64,000 nucleotides of DNA from Escherichia phage vB_EcoM_LNA2, in the sequence record MZ311865.1; one strand, 5' to 3'. The notes under the pieces are model-generated. The model saw nothing but the letters and a program-made list of their open reading frames with translations, ran no database searches and was not told the origin of the DNA. The translations under genes and the position numbers were made by a program. Of the stretch, positions 24,048 to 35,791 are shown one piece after another; positions within the stretch are counted from its first letter, which is position 1, and every line of letters starts with the position of its first letter.

Positions 24048-24077
24048 ATAGTAACACGCCATCATCCTTATGTAAAC
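24048..24077 (-). promoter_or_regulatory. T4-type early promoter (ipI) with a different palindrome
   Basis: GTTTAC, 18 bp, TACTAT; the -10 is flanked by the inverted repeat aggatgat...atcatcct. Confidence 0.6.
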
Positions 24078-24090
24078 TGTTTTGTGAAAA

Positions 24091-24776
<686 letters not shown>

Positions 24777-24780
24777 TTTA

Positions 24781-25515
24781 TTACCTTAAGATTGTTTCAA
24801 TTTTAGAATAAAGCTCTTCTAAAGAGCCGTCGTTTGTAATAACTAAATCGCCTTCTTCAATAGGCAACCCAGCTTCTGTAATATGTTTATCGGTGGATTC
24901 CGTACCAGAGCGAACCACATGAATAACTGTAGCACCCATCGCTCTAGCGGTTTCCATTTCATGGACTTGGCGTGTATCGGTCACAACATAGTAATCGAAA
25001 TCACTTCCAATATAATCCATATAGTTTAATGCAAAAAGTTTAACCCAATACATACGGTCAAATAAATTAACGACAACATCCGTACCGAGGGCTTGCATAA
25101 GACGGCGGATTGACCATGTGTCGTTGATATTATTTATAGCTTCACGCAGGGCTTCATATGGTTTAATATCTAGATACGAATATCCACCTTCTAACGATGA
25201 TAATACTTTAACATTATTAATCGGTAAATATTGACTTTGTAAATAAATTAGCGCTTCTTCCATTAATTCAATAACATCCAACTTATTGAGATTTAATGGT
25301 GTTTCACGGTCATATCCGACACCTTCAAAGTATTCGTATTTCAACTCTGTGAATACATCAGGGTTTTCAGCATGTTTACGTCCCCAGGCTATTGCTAGAG
25401 CGTCTTTAATCGGATATGCTAATTGGTATTTTACGGATTTAAAGTTTGAATTGATGTAATCAGCAGTAGTGTCTTTACCACTACGTTTGATGCCACTTAA
25501 AAAGATTAGCTCCAT
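24781..25515 (-). CDS. 1: deoxynucleoside monophosphate kinase
   Basis: P-loop FLSGIKRSGKDT at N-terminus; length 244 aa; resembles T4 gp1 as recalled. Confidence 0.85.
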   Translation of the reverse strand: MELIFLSGIKRSGKDTTADYINSNFKSVKYQLAYPIKDALAIAWGRKHAENPDVFTELKYEYFEGVGYDRETPLNLNKLDVIELMEEALIYLQSQYLPINNVKVLSSLEGGYSYLDIKPYEALREAINNINDTWSIRRLMQALGTDVVVNLFDRMYWVKLFALNYMDYIGSDFDYYVVTDTRQVHEMETARAMGATVIHVVRSGTESTDKHITEAGLPIEEGDLVITNDGSLEELYSKIETILR

Positions 25516-25568
25516 AGGTTTTCCTCATATAATTTATGAGTGATTATAACATACGGAGCTAGAAGCGA

Positions 25569-26153
25569 TTAACGCAAGGAAGGGTGCCTAGAAATGGATT
25601 TAGATTCGACTGCTTGACGTGGTTGTTGAGATACAATGACTTCACCATCCTTTTCTATCGTCATATACGCATAGTGAATAGTTGCTACGCACGTAACGGC
25701 AGGGTCAGAGTCTTCGGTGTAACTAAATTCAATTTCACTCAAATCAGAAATCCATGGTTTATAGAAATTCGCCGTCAAAACTACTTCAGTCTTATTGTTG
25801 TTTAAAATGTGCAAAGTAACAAACTCAGGACCATCGGAGTGGGCCGTATTATGTCCGGTTATATAGTTATTAGTGCTGAGCATCCATTTATACATGTTCA
25901 TCCAGGACGTCATGTCTTCATCAACTATAAATCGTACAACAAAAGGGTCATATTCAAATGTGGTGCCTGCACGCATTGCACGCCCTAACCCCATTGTGCC
26001 TGTCACAGTTTCAACAACAGGAATTCTCACACCTGGTAATGGAGCCGTTTGGGCATTGAGCACAAAACCTGAAGTTCGTGTACTATCCGGGATATCCACA
26101 ACAAAGTTTGTTATATTTGTTTGGTTAAAAATCTGTCTCGTTGGACGAGTCAT
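25569..26153 (-). CDS. 3: tail completion / sheath stabiliser protein gp3-like
   Basis: ATG at 26153 with AGGTG RBS (MTRPTRQIFNQ...); position between genes 1 and 2 as in T4. Confidence 0.65.
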   Translation of the reverse strand: MTRPTRQIFNQTNITNFVVDIPDSTRTSGFVLNAQTAPLPGVRIPVVETVTGTMGLGRAMRAGTTFEYDPFVVRFIVDEDMTSWMNMYKWMLSTNNYITGHNTAHSDGPEFVTLHILNNNKTEVVLTANFYKPWISDLSEIEFSYTEDSDPAVTCVATIHYAYMTIEKDGEVIVSQQPRQAVESKSISRHPSLR

Positions 26154-26255
26154 AAGCACCTCAAAAACGCTTTAATAAAAATGCAGTATAATGGTTTTAG
26201 GTCTCTTCCATTAATCCGGTTCAACAGAATATCAGAAGAACGGAAGAGAATAGAA

Positions 26256-27077
26256 TTAAGATTTCCAAACAGTATTCGCAGAGAAACGTTTTCCTTTTGA
26301 CATAAACTGCTGAGTAGGTAACATGATTATGTTAGCCCAGTCTTTAGGAGCTATTTCTGTTATTGTTCCTCTAATGTGGCCTGGCAGGTATGCTTTAATC
26401 ATTTTGTCAGCACCTTGAAATCCTTTCACCTTGCTCCAGTCTATCTTCAACTTTGTGTTATTAGTAATAGTAGTTGTGCTAGCATATTGCTTCAGCAATT
26501 CTTCAAGAAACTGTTGACGTGCTTTAGGTGGGATATAGTGCAAGTTTAACCCATACATCAAATTATGTTTACCTAATCCTAAATAAATAATCAAAGGATA
26601 ACGGTCCCAGTATGGCAGAGTATCTTTATGTTTAGCATCATAAACGTAAGTATAAATTTTGCCTGGCGTAGGCTTGACTACTTTATGACCTTTTACACTT
26701 TTCTTAATTGTTTCAACAAACCACTTAGATGATTTGTTGTTTACTGCTGCGCCTTCATTTCTAATCTTTTCTCGTATTGAACTGCGAAACGAGTTTATCA
26801 TCAGAAGTTGACGTTCTTGCTTATTGAGTTTATTTTTAGGTTTAGATTCAAGCGTTTCAATTTTCTGTGCAGTCTTAATAGATGATGCATATCTAGACAT
26901 TGCAGATGTAAACGACGAGTATTTTATTCCTTTTGATTCTGCAAATGCTTTTGCAGTGATTCCTTTCTCTTTAGCTTTCTTGTATTCTAATCCTATCTCA
27001 ATCCATTTTCTTTCATTCATAGACTGAGCAATCTTAGGGGCTTGTACGCCTTCAGATATAATTTGGAATATGCTCAT
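26256..27077 (-). CDS. 2: DNA end-protector protein gp2-like
   Basis: 273 aa basic protein; position and size match T4 gp2. Confidence 0.7.
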   Translation of the reverse strand: MSIFQIISEGVQAPKIAQSMNERKWIEIGLEYKKAKEKGITAKAFAESKGIKYSSFTSAMSRYASSIKTAQKIETLESKPKNKLNKQERQLLMINSFRSSIREKIRNEGAAVNNKSSKWFVETIKKSVKGHKVVKPTPGKIYTYVYDAKHKDTLPYWDRYPLIIYLGLGKHNLMYGLNLHYIPPKARQQFLEELLKQYASTTTITNNTKLKIDWSKVKGFQGADKMIKAYLPGHIRGTITEIAPKDWANIIMLPTQQFMSKGKRFSANTVWKS

Positions 27078-27079
27078 AA

Positions 27080-27529
27080 TTACCCCTTGTATCCGAGTTT
27101 TCTAAGTCCGTCTTCGGTTAGAACTCGAAATTTTATATTTCTCTTTTCAGCAACAGCTGAGGCAGCTTTCCATTTGTCACAGTTCACAGACCACGTGTAG
27201 ATTTCATTCATATAACGTTTCTTAGCCGCAGTTGTAAGATTCACCGGTTTAATAGGTGGCTGAGTTTCTTTCTTTGGTTTTATTTCTACAAAGAACTCTT
27301 GACCTGATGCATCTTTCATCCATATGTCCATATAGTATCGACGTTTCTTACCTTCAGCATTACAAAAATATGGAATTACTGCTGTTTCACTACCCCATGC
27401 AATAATTTCTGGATTTTTATCCAACCATTCGAAAAAGAATTTTTCCCAGTTTGAACGATACGTTATTTTGGTATGGTCTCCACGGTATTTTTTTAAATTT
27501 TTTGGGACCCATTTACCAGAGTAGGCCAT
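27080..27529 (-). CDS. 4: head completion protein gp4-like
   Basis: 149 aa; position and size match T4 gp4; minus-strand TATAAATA late promoter upstream (27556-27563). Confidence 0.7.
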   Translation of the reverse strand: MAYSGKWVPKNLKKYRGDHTKITYRSNWEKFFFEWLDKNPEIIAWGSETAVIPYFCNAEGKKRRYYMDIWMKDASGQEFFVEIKPKKETQPPIKPVNLTTAAKKRYMNEIYTWSVNCDKWKAASAVAEKRNIKFRVLTEDGLRKLGYKG

Positions 27530-27540
27530 GTTGTCCTCCT

Positions 27541-27548
27541 TATAAATA
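27541..27548 (+). promoter_or_regulatory. late promoter (TATAAATA) for gene 53
   Basis: Exact TATAAATA about 45 nt upstream of the gp53 ATG. Confidence 0.6.
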
Positions 27549-27555
27549 GTATTAT

Positions 27556-27563
27556 TATTTATA
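27556..27563 (-). promoter_or_regulatory. late promoter (TATAAATA on minus strand) for genes 4-2-3
   Basis: Plus-strand tatttata is TATAAATA on the minus strand, about 27 nt upstream of the gene 4 ATG. Confidence 0.5.
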
Positions 27564-27590
27564 CCAATTTCATATTGGAAGGAGACTATC

Positions 27591-28166
27591 TTGTTATTTA
27601 CATTCTTCGACCCAATAGGATATAGTGCTAAAACAGTTGATAAGAATGCACCTACTATTCCTATGACAGATATATTTCGTAACTATAAAGAGTACTTTAA
27701 GCGTGTTGCTGCCAATTATAGATTACGTTCTTATTACATTAAAGGCTCTCCACGTCCTGAAGAACTAGCAAACATAATTTATGGAAACCCTCAATTATAC
27801 TGGGTCCTTTTGATGTGCAACGATAACTATGACCCGTATTATGGTTGGATTACATCTCAGGAAGCAGCGTATCAAGCTTCTATTCAGAAATATGCAAATG
27901 CCGGCGGAGACCAAATTCTTTATCATATTAACGAGAACCGTGAGAAATTTTACAATTTGGTTTCATATCCGGACGAGCCTTTAGTGTGGTACGATAAAGG
28001 TGATGAAGCTCGTAAGTATCCGCAATATAAAGGACCTTTAGCTGCAGTAGATACTTATGAAGCGGCAGTATTAGATAATGAAAAACTTCGTAAAATAAAA
28101 ATTGTTGCAAAAGAAGATATAAACTCGTTTATCACAGATTTGATTCGAGAGATGGAGATTGCATAA
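27591..28166 (+). CDS. 53: baseplate wedge protein gp53
   Basis: Translation MLFTFFDPIGYSAKTVDKNAPTIPMTDIFRNYKEYF... resembles T4 gp53 as recalled; late promoter at 27541. Confidence 0.8.
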   Translation: MLFTFFDPIGYSAKTVDKNAPTIPMTDIFRNYKEYFKRVAANYRLRSYYIKGSPRPEELANIIYGNPQLYWVLLMCNDNYDPYYGWITSQEAAYQASIQKYANAGGDQILYHINENREKFYNLVSYPDEPLVWYDKGDEARKYPQYKGPLAAVDTYEAAVLDNEKLRKIKIVAKEDINSFITDLIREMEIA

Positions 28167-29899
28167 TGGAAATGATTAGCAGTAGCCTTAATTGGTTCGT
28201 GGGTGTTGTCGAGGACAGAATGGACCCATTAAAACAAGGGCGAGTTCGAGTTCGAGTCGTTGGTCTTCATCCGGCACAGAGGGCACAAGGTGATGTACAA
28301 GGTATTCCTACAGAAAAACTTCCATGGATGACTGTTATTCAACCTATTACGTCTGCGTCAATGTCAGGTATTGGTGGTTCTGTTACAGGTCCTGTTGAAG
28401 GAACTCGAGTATATGGTCATTTCTTAGACAAATGGAAAACAAACGGGATTGTACTTGGTACATACGGTGGAATCGTACGTGAAAAGCCTAATAGACTCGA
28501 AGGTTTTTCCGACCCTACAGGTCAATATCCACGACGTTTAGGTAATGATACGAACGTATTAAACCAAGGTGGTGAAGCTGGTTATTATTCGAACTCTAAC
28601 GTAATTCAAGATAACAACTTGGATTATGGTATAAACCCAGATGATACAGATTTAGCAAATATTCCAGAAGATGATGACCCTAATTTTACAATAACAGAAA
28701 TGTTACGTCGTGACGAAGGTCTTCGTGATAAAGTGTATTGGGACCATCTCGGATATCCTACGGTAGGTATTGGACACCTTATCGTAATGGAAAAGACCCG
28801 AGATATGTCTCGAATTAATAAATTGTTATCTGATCAAGTAGGGCGTGAAGTAACAGGAAATCCTGGAACTATTACATTAGAAGAAGCAACAGCGTTATTT
28901 GAGAAAGACCTTGCTAAGATGCAAAAAGACATTCGTTCTAATTCTAAAGTAGGTCCTGTTTATGCTAAAATGAACAGATCTCGCCAAATGGCATTAGAAA
29001 ACATGTGCTTCCAAATGGGCGTTGGTGGTGTAGCAAAATTCAATACTATGCTTAAAGCAATGGCCGCAGGCGATTGGAAAACTGCATACAAATCTGGGCG
29101 CGATTCATTATGGTTCCAACAGACTAAAGGACGCGCTTCACGTGTAACAACAATTATTTTAACCGGTAACATGGAATCATATGGTGTTCCTGTTAAAACA
29201 CCGCCTTCACCAGGAGTTGGTGCCGATTTAGTTACTAGAAATACCGATCCAGAAGACCCGGCCGGTCCTCCTGTTCCGTTAGATTCACGTATCCTTTTTA
29301 AAGAACCAGAATCAAGTTATCGTGGTGAGTATCCATACGTTCATGCTATGGAAACGGAAAGCGGTCATATCCAAGAATTTGACGATACTCCAGGTAATGA
29401 ACGTTATCGCTTAGTTCATCCAACAGGGTCATATGAGGAAGTTTCTCCATCTGGGCGTCGTACTCGTAAAACTGTAGAAGACCTTTTTGACATCACTAAT
29501 GGCGATGGGAACTTCTTGATTTCTGGTGATAAACTTGTTAACGTTGGTGCTAATGAAATATATTATAACATGGCAGACCGCCTCCATCAAATAGACGGCA
29601 ATGATACAATCTTTATTCGTGGTAACCAATCTAAAACTGTTGAAGGCGATGGAACTCTTTACGTTAAGGGCAATATCAAAATAGTCGTTGACGGAAATGC
29701 AGATATTCTTGTTAAAGGCGATGCTAAAACTCAGGTCGAAGGGAATCATGATTACACCGTCAACGGAAACGTTAAATGGACTGTTAATGGTAATGTTGAT
29801 ATGACTGTTGCAGGGGATTGGGCAGAAACAATGTCTACAATGAGCTCAGTAGCTTCAGGACAATACACTGTTGACGGATCTCGTATTGATATTGGGTAA
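28166..29899 (+). CDS. 5: baseplate central spike / tail lysozyme gp5
   Basis: Internal lysozyme domain (RRDEGLRDKVYWDHLGYPTVGIGHL) paralogous to e, plus a C-terminal beta-helix VxG repeat run (VKGNIKIVVDGNADILVKGDAKTQVEGN...). Confidence 0.9.
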   Translation: MEMISSSLNWFVGVVEDRMDPLKQGRVRVRVVGLHPAQRAQGDVQGIPTEKLPWMTVIQPITSASMSGIGGSVTGPVEGTRVYGHFLDKWKTNGIVLGTYGGIVREKPNRLEGFSDPTGQYPRRLGNDTNVLNQGGEAGYYSNSNVIQDNNLDYGINPDDTDLANIPEDDDPNFTITEMLRRDEGLRDKVYWDHLGYPTVGIGHLIVMEKTRDMSRINKLLSDQVGREVTGNPGTITLEEATALFEKDLAKMQKDIRSNSKVGPVYAKMNRSRQMALENMCFQMGVGGVAKFNTMLKAMAAGDWKTAYKSGRDSLWFQQTKGRASRVTTIILTGNMESYGVPVKTPPSPGVGADLVTRNTDPEDPAGPPVPLDSRILFKEPESSYRGEYPYVHAMETESGHIQEFDDTPGNERYRLVHPTGSYEEVSPSGRRTRKTVEDLFDITNGDGNFLISGDKLVNVGANEIYYNMADRLHQIDGNDTIFIRGNQSKTVEGDGTLYVKGNIKIVVDGNADILVKGDAKTQVEGNHDYTVNGNVKWTVNGNVDMTVAGDWAETMSTMSSVASGQYTVDGSRIDIG

Positions 29900-29902
29900 C
29901 AT

Positions 29903-30418
29903 ATGGCACAAATACTTCCTTTAAATACCGACTTAGGAGAAGACATGGAAGGGGCGTCTATTGACGTCCTTTTTACTCCACAGTTAGAAACAACCGAAAC
30001 TTTAGTGTCAATAAATATAACAGATTATGAACCGACACAAGGCATTACGGTAGATGGTAATCGTTTATATGGAACATATGAAAGTGTGTTTAGCTTTTCT
30101 TCGGACGCATTGAAATACCGATTAAATGATGATTTTGAAACCGCATCTTCATGGGATGATTTACCAAAAGATGAGTCCACACAGTTATATTTGTGGAGAG
30201 CTCCTCAGAATCTTCGTAAAGTGTTTAGTTATACGGTTGAAATGATTTATAACTACCAAGAAGAAAGTTCATCAGGCGGTTCTAGAAGTGACTCTGGTAC
30301 AGAACCTCCACCGGCTCCAGTACAAAAAACTCTTACTAAGGTTTATACAAAAACTATAGTAGGAAATTGGAGCAAATGGGCTCATCAATTACGAAACTAT
30401 GTTTATGTGAGGCCGTGA
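29903..30418 (+). CDS. 5.1: gp5.1-like protein
   Basis: ORF track; position between 5 and 5.4. Confidence 0.6.
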   Translation: MAQILPLNTDLGEDMEGASIDVLFTPQLETTETLVSINITDYEPTQGITVDGNRLYGTYESVFSFSSDALKYRLNDDFETASSWDDLPKDESTQLYLWRAPQNLRKVFSYTVEMIYNYQEESSSGGSRSDSGTEPPPAPVQKTLTKVYTKTIVGNWSKWAHQLRNYVYVRP

Positions 30419-30420
30419 AA

Positions 30421-30714
30421 ATGTCTGGCTTAAGTTACGACAAGTGCGTTACAACAGGTCATGAAGCATGGCCTCCTACTGTAATAAATGCTTCCCAATC
30501 TAAAGTATTCACCGGCGGTATTCCTGTTCTTGTGGCAGGAGACCAAATAACACCTCATACAGAAATTAAAAAACCATACGAGACTCATGGAGGTGTTACT
30601 GAACCTCGTACATCTAAAGTATACGTCACCGGTAAAAAGGCTGTTCAAATGGCTGACCCAATTTCATGCGGGGATACTGTTTCTCAGGCCTCGTCAAAAG
30701 TCTTTATAAAATAG
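30421..30714 (+). CDS. 5.4: PAAR-repeat spike tip protein gp5.4
   Basis: From the ATG at 30421: [41 protein letters not shown]... (97 aa) resembles T4 gp5.4 as recalled. Confidence 0.75.
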   Translation: MSGLSYDKCVTTGHEAWPPTVINASQSKVFTGGIPVLVAGDQITPHTEIKKPYETHGGVTEPRTSKVYVTGKKAVQMADPISCGDTVSQASSKVFIK

Positions 30715-30722
30715 GAATTAAA

Positions 30723-32696
30723 ATGGCAAACACTCCTGTAAATTATCAATTAACCCGAACAGCGAATGCTATTCCCGAGATTTTTATCGGGGGCACATTT
30801 GCCGAAATCAAACAGAACATTATCGAATGGCTCAATGGACAGAATGAATTTCTTGATTATGATTTTGAAGGTTCGCGTTTAAACGTATTATGTGACCTTT
30901 TAGCATATAACACTCTTTACATCCAACAGTTCAGTAATAGTGCAGTGTATGAAAGTTTTATGCGTACTGCAAACTTGCGTAGTTCTGTTGTACAAGCGGC
31001 TCAAGATAACGGATATCTGCCTTCATCTAAATCAGCAGCACAAACAGAAATTATGCTCACATGTACGGATGCATTAAATAGAAACTATATCACCATTCCA
31101 CGTGGCACTCGTTTTTTAGCATACGCTAAAGATACTTCTGTTAACCCGTATAACTTTGTTTCTACTGAAGATGTCATTGTAGTTAAAGACAAAAATAACC
31201 AATATTTTCCACGTCTTCGATTAGCTCAAGGACGTATTGTTCGCACTGAATTAACATTTGATAGATTAAAACCTATCATTATACGTGATAAGAACATTGA
31301 CCGTAATTTGGTTAAGTTGTATGTTGACGGAGCAGAATGGATTAACTGGACTCGTAAGTCGATGGTTCACGCTGGTTCTACGTCAACAATCTATTATATG
31401 CGTGAAACAGTTGATGGGAACACCGAATTTTATTTTGGTGAAGGCGAAATCTCTATTAACACGTCAGAAGGTGCGTTAACGTCTAACTATATTGGTGGCC
31501 TTAAACCTGTTCAGGGTTCTAAAATCGTAATTGAGTATATTTCTACTAATGGCGCAGATGCTAACGGTGCTGTAGGATTTTCTTATGCAGATACATTAGC
31601 TAATATCACGGTAATCGATATTAACGAGAACCCTAGCAATAACCCAGACTTTGTCGGGGCCGATGGCGGTGGTGACCCTGAAGATATTGAACGTATCCGC
31701 GAATTAGGCACAATTAAACGCGAAACTCAACAACGTTGTGTAACCGCTTCCGACTATGACACATTCGTTTCTGAGCGGTTTGGTTCTATTATTCAAGCGG
31801 TTCAAACATTCACAGATTCATCTAAACCAGGGTACGCATATATTGCTGCTAAGCCTAAATCTGGATTGTATTTGACTTCTGTTCAACGTGATGATATCAA
31901 AAACTATTTAAATGATTATAACTTAGGGACTATTACACCTGTTGTTATTTCGCCTGATTATTTGTTTATCAAAATGAATATCAAAGTTACATACGCGTTG
32001 AATAAACTCCAAGAATCAGAACAATATCTTGAAGGGCAAATTATTAATAAAATTGACCGATATTATATTGAAGATGTAGAAATTTTTAACTCATCGTTTG
32101 CAAAATCTAAAATGCTAACTTATGTCGATGATGCAGATATTTCTATTATTGGTTCTTCAGCTACTATTCAAATGGTTCGCGAAGTACAAAACTTCTATAA
32201 AACGCCTGAGGCCGGTATTAAATACAATAATCAGATTAAAGATAGATCGATGGAATCTAATATATTCTCGTTTGATTCGCACAGACCTAATCCAGAAAAT
32301 GCAAACGAAACTATTAAATATGGTGTTCGCATAGTATCTTCTGACCGTAATGACCGTGGCATAGGTCAAGTTATTATTGGTCCATTTGCAGATGGCGATG
32401 TTGTTGAAAACGAAAATATACAACCTTATACAGGTAATGATTTTAATAAACTTACTGTTACTGACGGACGAAACAAATACTATTCAATTGGTGAAGTGAA
32501 TTATCCTGCCGATTCGATTTATTGGAACATTGCTAAAATTGACCTCACTTCAGACCGTTTTGAAGTTCAAACAATTGAACTTTATTCCGACCCTGCAGAT
32601 GATATTATTTTTACAAAGGATGGTTCTTTAATCGTATTCGAAAACGACTTACGTCCTCAGTACTTAACTATAGATTTGGAGCCTATTTCACAATGA
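30723..32696 (+). CDS. 6: baseplate wedge protein gp6
   Basis: Start at the ATG at 30723 (MANTPVNYQLTRTANAIPEIFIGG...), after the gp5.4 stop. Confidence 0.85.
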   Translation: MANTPVNYQLTRTANAIPEIFIGGTFAEIKQNIIEWLNGQNEFLDYDFEGSRLNVLCDLLAYNTLYIQQFSNSAVYESFMRTANLRSSVVQAAQDNGYLPSSKSAAQTEIMLTCTDALNRNYITIPRGTRFLAYAKDTSVNPYNFVSTEDVIVVKDKNNQYFPRLRLAQGRIVRTELTFDRLKPIIIRDKNIDRNLVKLYVDGAEWINWTRKSMVHAGSTSTIYYMRETVDGNTEFYFGEGEISINTSEGALTSNYIGGLKPVQGSKIVIEYISTNGADANGAVGFSYADTLANITVIDINENPSNNPDFVGADGGGDPEDIERIRELGTIKRETQQRCVTASDYDTFVSERFGSIIQAVQTFTDSSKPGYAYIAAKPKSGLYLTSVQRDDIKNYLNDYNLGTITPVVISPDYLFIKMNIKVTYALNKLQESEQYLEGQIINKIDRYYIEDVEIFNSSFAKSKMLTYVDDADISIIGSSATIQMVREVQNFYKTPEAGIKYNNQIKDRSMESNIFSFDSHRPNPENANETIKYGVRIVSSDRNDRGIGQVIIGPFADGDVVENENIQPYTGNDFNKLTVTDGRNKYYSIGEVNYPADSIYWNIAKIDLTSDRFEVQTIELYSDPADDIIFTKDGSLIVFENDLRPQYLTIDLEPISQ

Positions 32697-35600
32697 CAGT
32701 AAAAGCGCCAGCAGTCACAAGTCTCAGAATATCCAAGTTGTCCGCTAACCAAGTTCAAATACGCTGGGATGACGTTGGTGCTAATTTCTACTATTTCGTA
32801 GAAATCGCTGAGACTAAAACGGCAGACGGGGAAATAATTCCCCCTGCCAGCTACAGATGGATAAATTTAGGATATACTCCTAATAGCAACTGGTTCGAAA
32901 GTAGCTTAGACCCATTAACTTCTTATATTATTCGTGTATCAACTGCCGCCGAAGGCTTCGAGAGATCTGATTGGGTATATACCGAAATATTTGAATCATT
33001 TCAGACTAACGCGTATACATTTCAACATATGATTGAAATGCAATTGGCTAACACTTTTATTAGAGAAAAATTTACAAATAACAACATGGCTTATGTCGAT
33101 TTTAATAACGACACTATAATGGCAGCTCTAATGAATGAATCGTTCCAATTTAGCCCTGCTTATGCAGATATTTCATCTATTAAAAATTTCATTATTGGCG
33201 AAAATGAGTATCATGAAATTCAAGGTTCGATTCAACAGGTGTGTCATGATATAAACCGTGTTTATTTGATGGAATCCGAAGGAATTCTTTATTTGTTTGA
33301 ACGGTATCAGCCTGTGGTTAAAGTCTCTAATGATAAGGGACAAACCTGGAAATCAGTTAAATTGTTTAATGACCGTGTAGGGTACCCTGTATCAAGAACA
33401 GTGTATTACCAGACAGGTTATACCACGTATGTTCTTGGGTATGATAAATTATTTTACGGCCGTAAATCAACTGACGTTCGTTGGTCTGCTGATGATGTGA
33501 GATTTAGTTCTCAAGATATAACATTTGCTAAAATTGGTGACCAGTTAAATTTAGGATTTGATGTAGAAATATTTGGTAACTACGCATCATTACCTGCTAA
33601 CGTATCACGTATTGCAGAAGCTATCGTTTGCAACGACGATTATGTATACGTTGCTGCTCGAGATAAAGTTCGTTTTATTAAAACTAGTAATGCCCCTATT
33701 GATTCAGACCCGTTATCTCCGACATATTCCGAACGTTTGTTTGAACAAGAAACATTTAACATCACAGGTAACCCTAAGGCAGTTTGCTATAAAATGGATT
33801 CTGTTGGCGGTAAAATATTTGCACTGATTATCGGCGAAGTTGTTAATCTTAATGACGACCCGAGGACCACTCCTATTGTTGATTCTGCTGATAAGGGCGT
33901 TTACGTTCTAGACCATGATGCTGGCACATTTAAACGTGTGTTTGGTAATACTGAAGAAGAACGCCGTCGTATTGAACCTGGGTACACCAGTATGTCTACT
34001 GATGGTGTTGAGTTATCTATTTCATCTAGTAATTTTAAATTTCTAGAATCGGATATTGTTGATGACCCAAAAACACAAATCAAGTACGGTTTAATCGGTG
34101 CTGTTAAATATGAGTATCCTCGCGAATGGTTGGCTGATAAACATTATCATATGATGGCATTTATTTCAACTGAAGACTCTCAATGGGAATCGTTCACTCC
34201 TCAACCGATGGAATACTACGCTGAGCCATTCTTTAGTTATTCTAGAAAGTCCGGTACTCGATGTTGGATTAATAACTCAGACAAGGCTGTTGTAATTTAT
34301 TCTGATTTACTTTACACTAAGGTTATTGAGAATCATCCACTTAGTTCTTCAGACCGTGAAGTTCATGAATATTGGAAGGACGGTGACTGTACAATAGTGA
34401 TGCCTAACGTAGATTTCACCGGATTTAAAAAATATGCATCCGGCATGATTTTCTATAAATCATCAGGTGAGATTATTTCTTATTATGATTTTAGTTATCG
34501 TGTTAGAGATAATGTTTCTATAATTTGGAAGCCTACTAATATATTCTTAACAGCATCGTTACAAAACCAAGAAAAAGATACCACATGGACTCCTGTAGAA
34601 GAGAACGGTATTGCAGACCCAGATTTACGACCATTGCTCACTACAATGATGCCGGAGTCTTATCTTTTAGATAATACAAACTTCGAAGCATTCTGCGAGG
34701 CTTATATTCAGTATCTTTCTGACGGTTATGGGACTCATTATAACAACCTTTTAAATCTTATTAAAAATCAATATCCGCGAGAAGAACATGCGTGGGAATA
34801 TTTATGGTCTGAGATTTATAAACGAAACATTTACTTAAACGCCGAAAAACGCGATTTAGTGTCTCGTTTCTTTGAATCAAGAAGTTATGACTTCTATTCA
34901 ACTAAAGGAACCGAAGCGTCATATAAATTCTTGTTTAAAGTGCTTTATAACGAAGATGTTGAAATTGAAATTGAATCTAGTTCCGGGACCGAATATGATA
35001 TCATCATTGAATCTGATTCGTTGACAGAAGATTTGGTCGGACAAACCATATACACCGCTACAGGACGTTGTAATGTGACGTATATCGAGAGAAGTTACTC
35101 TAAAGGTAAATTACAATGGACTGTAACAATTCACAACCTCTTAGGTCGTTTAATCCAAGGACAGGAAGTTAAAGCTGAAAGACTCCCTGGTTTTGAAGGT
35201 GAAATTGTTCGTGGTATTAAAGGTAAAGAGCTTTCTCAGAACAACATCGATTACATAAATCGTGGTAGAGCATACTACGTAATGAAGATTAAATCTAAAC
35301 TTCCATCATCTCGTTGGAAATCAGACGTATTACGTTTTGTTCATCCGGTTGGATTTGGATTTATCGCAATTACCCTTCTCACAATGTTTATTAACACCGG
35401 ATTAACACTTAAACATGTTGAAACCATTATTAATAAATACAAAAACTATAAGTGGGATTCTGGATTACCAACTAAATATGCAGACCGAGTGGCTAAATTA
35501 GACCCACAAGGAAATGTTGAGTTTGACCCTATTACAGGTAAAGCGATATATGAAATAGGCCCTATGGCTGGTCAAGATTATCCATTGCCTGAAGATTATA

Positions 35601-35791
35601 ACGCTGAAAACAATAACTCCATATTTCAAGGTCAACTTCCATCGGAACGACGTAAACTGATGAGCCCATTATTTGATGCGTCCGGAACAACATTCTCTAG
35701 ATTTAGAGATTTGGTTGAACAACGGTTAATCGATAATGTAGGAAATCCAAGAGACCCCGTGAATCCACCACAGGTTAAATTAGATGAATGA
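32693..35791 (+). CDS. 7: baseplate wedge protein gp7
   Basis: 1032-aa ORF in the conserved 6-7-8 order; overlapping stop/start. Confidence 0.85.
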   Translation: MTVKAPAVTSLRISKLSANQVQIRWDDVGANFYYFVEIAETKTADGEIIPPASYRWINLGYTPNSNWFESSLDPLTSYIIRVSTAAEGFERSDWVYTEIFESFQTNAYTFQHMIEMQLANTFIREKFTNNNMAYVDFNNDTIMAALMNESFQFSPAYADISSIKNFIIGENEYHEIQGSIQQVCHDINRVYLMESEGILYLFERYQPVVKVSNDKGQTWKSVKLFNDRVGYPVSRTVYYQTGYTTYVLGYDKLFYGRKSTDVRWSADDVRFSSQDITFAKIGDQLNLGFDVEIFGNYASLPANVSRIAEAIVCNDDYVYVAARDKVRFIKTSNAPIDSDPLSPTYSERLFEQETFNITGNPKAVCYKMDSVGGKIFALIIGEVVNLNDDPRTTPIVDSADKGVYVLDHDAGTFKRVFGNTEEERRRIEPGYTSMSTDGVELSISSSNFKFLESDIVDDPKTQIKYGLIGAVKYEYPREWLADKHYHMMAFISTEDSQWESFTPQPMEYYAEPFFSYSRKSGTRCWINNSDKAVVIYSDLLYTKVIENHPLSSSDREVHEYWKDGDCTIVMPNVDFTGFKKYASGMIFYKSSGEIISYYDFSYRVRDNVSIIWKPTNIFLTASLQNQEKDTTWTPVEENGIADPDLRPLLTTMMPESYLLDNTNFEAFCEAYIQYLSDGYGTHYNNLLNLIKNQYPREEHAWEYLWSEIYKRNIYLNAEKRDLVSRFFESRSYDFYSTKGTEASYKFLFKVLYNEDVEIEIESSSGTEYDIIIESDSLTEDLVGQTIYTATGRCNVTYIERSYSKGKLQWTVTIHNLLGRLIQGQEVKAERLPGFEGEIVRGIKGKELSQNNIDYINRGRAYYVMKIKSKLPSSRWKSDVLRFVHPVGFGFIAITLLTMFINTGLTLKHVETIINKYKNYKWDSGLPTKYADRVAKLDPQGNVEFDPITGKAIYEIGPMAGQDYPLPEDYNAENNNSIFQGQLPSERRKLMSPLFDASGTTFSRFRDLVEQRLIDNVGNPRDPVNPPQVKLDE

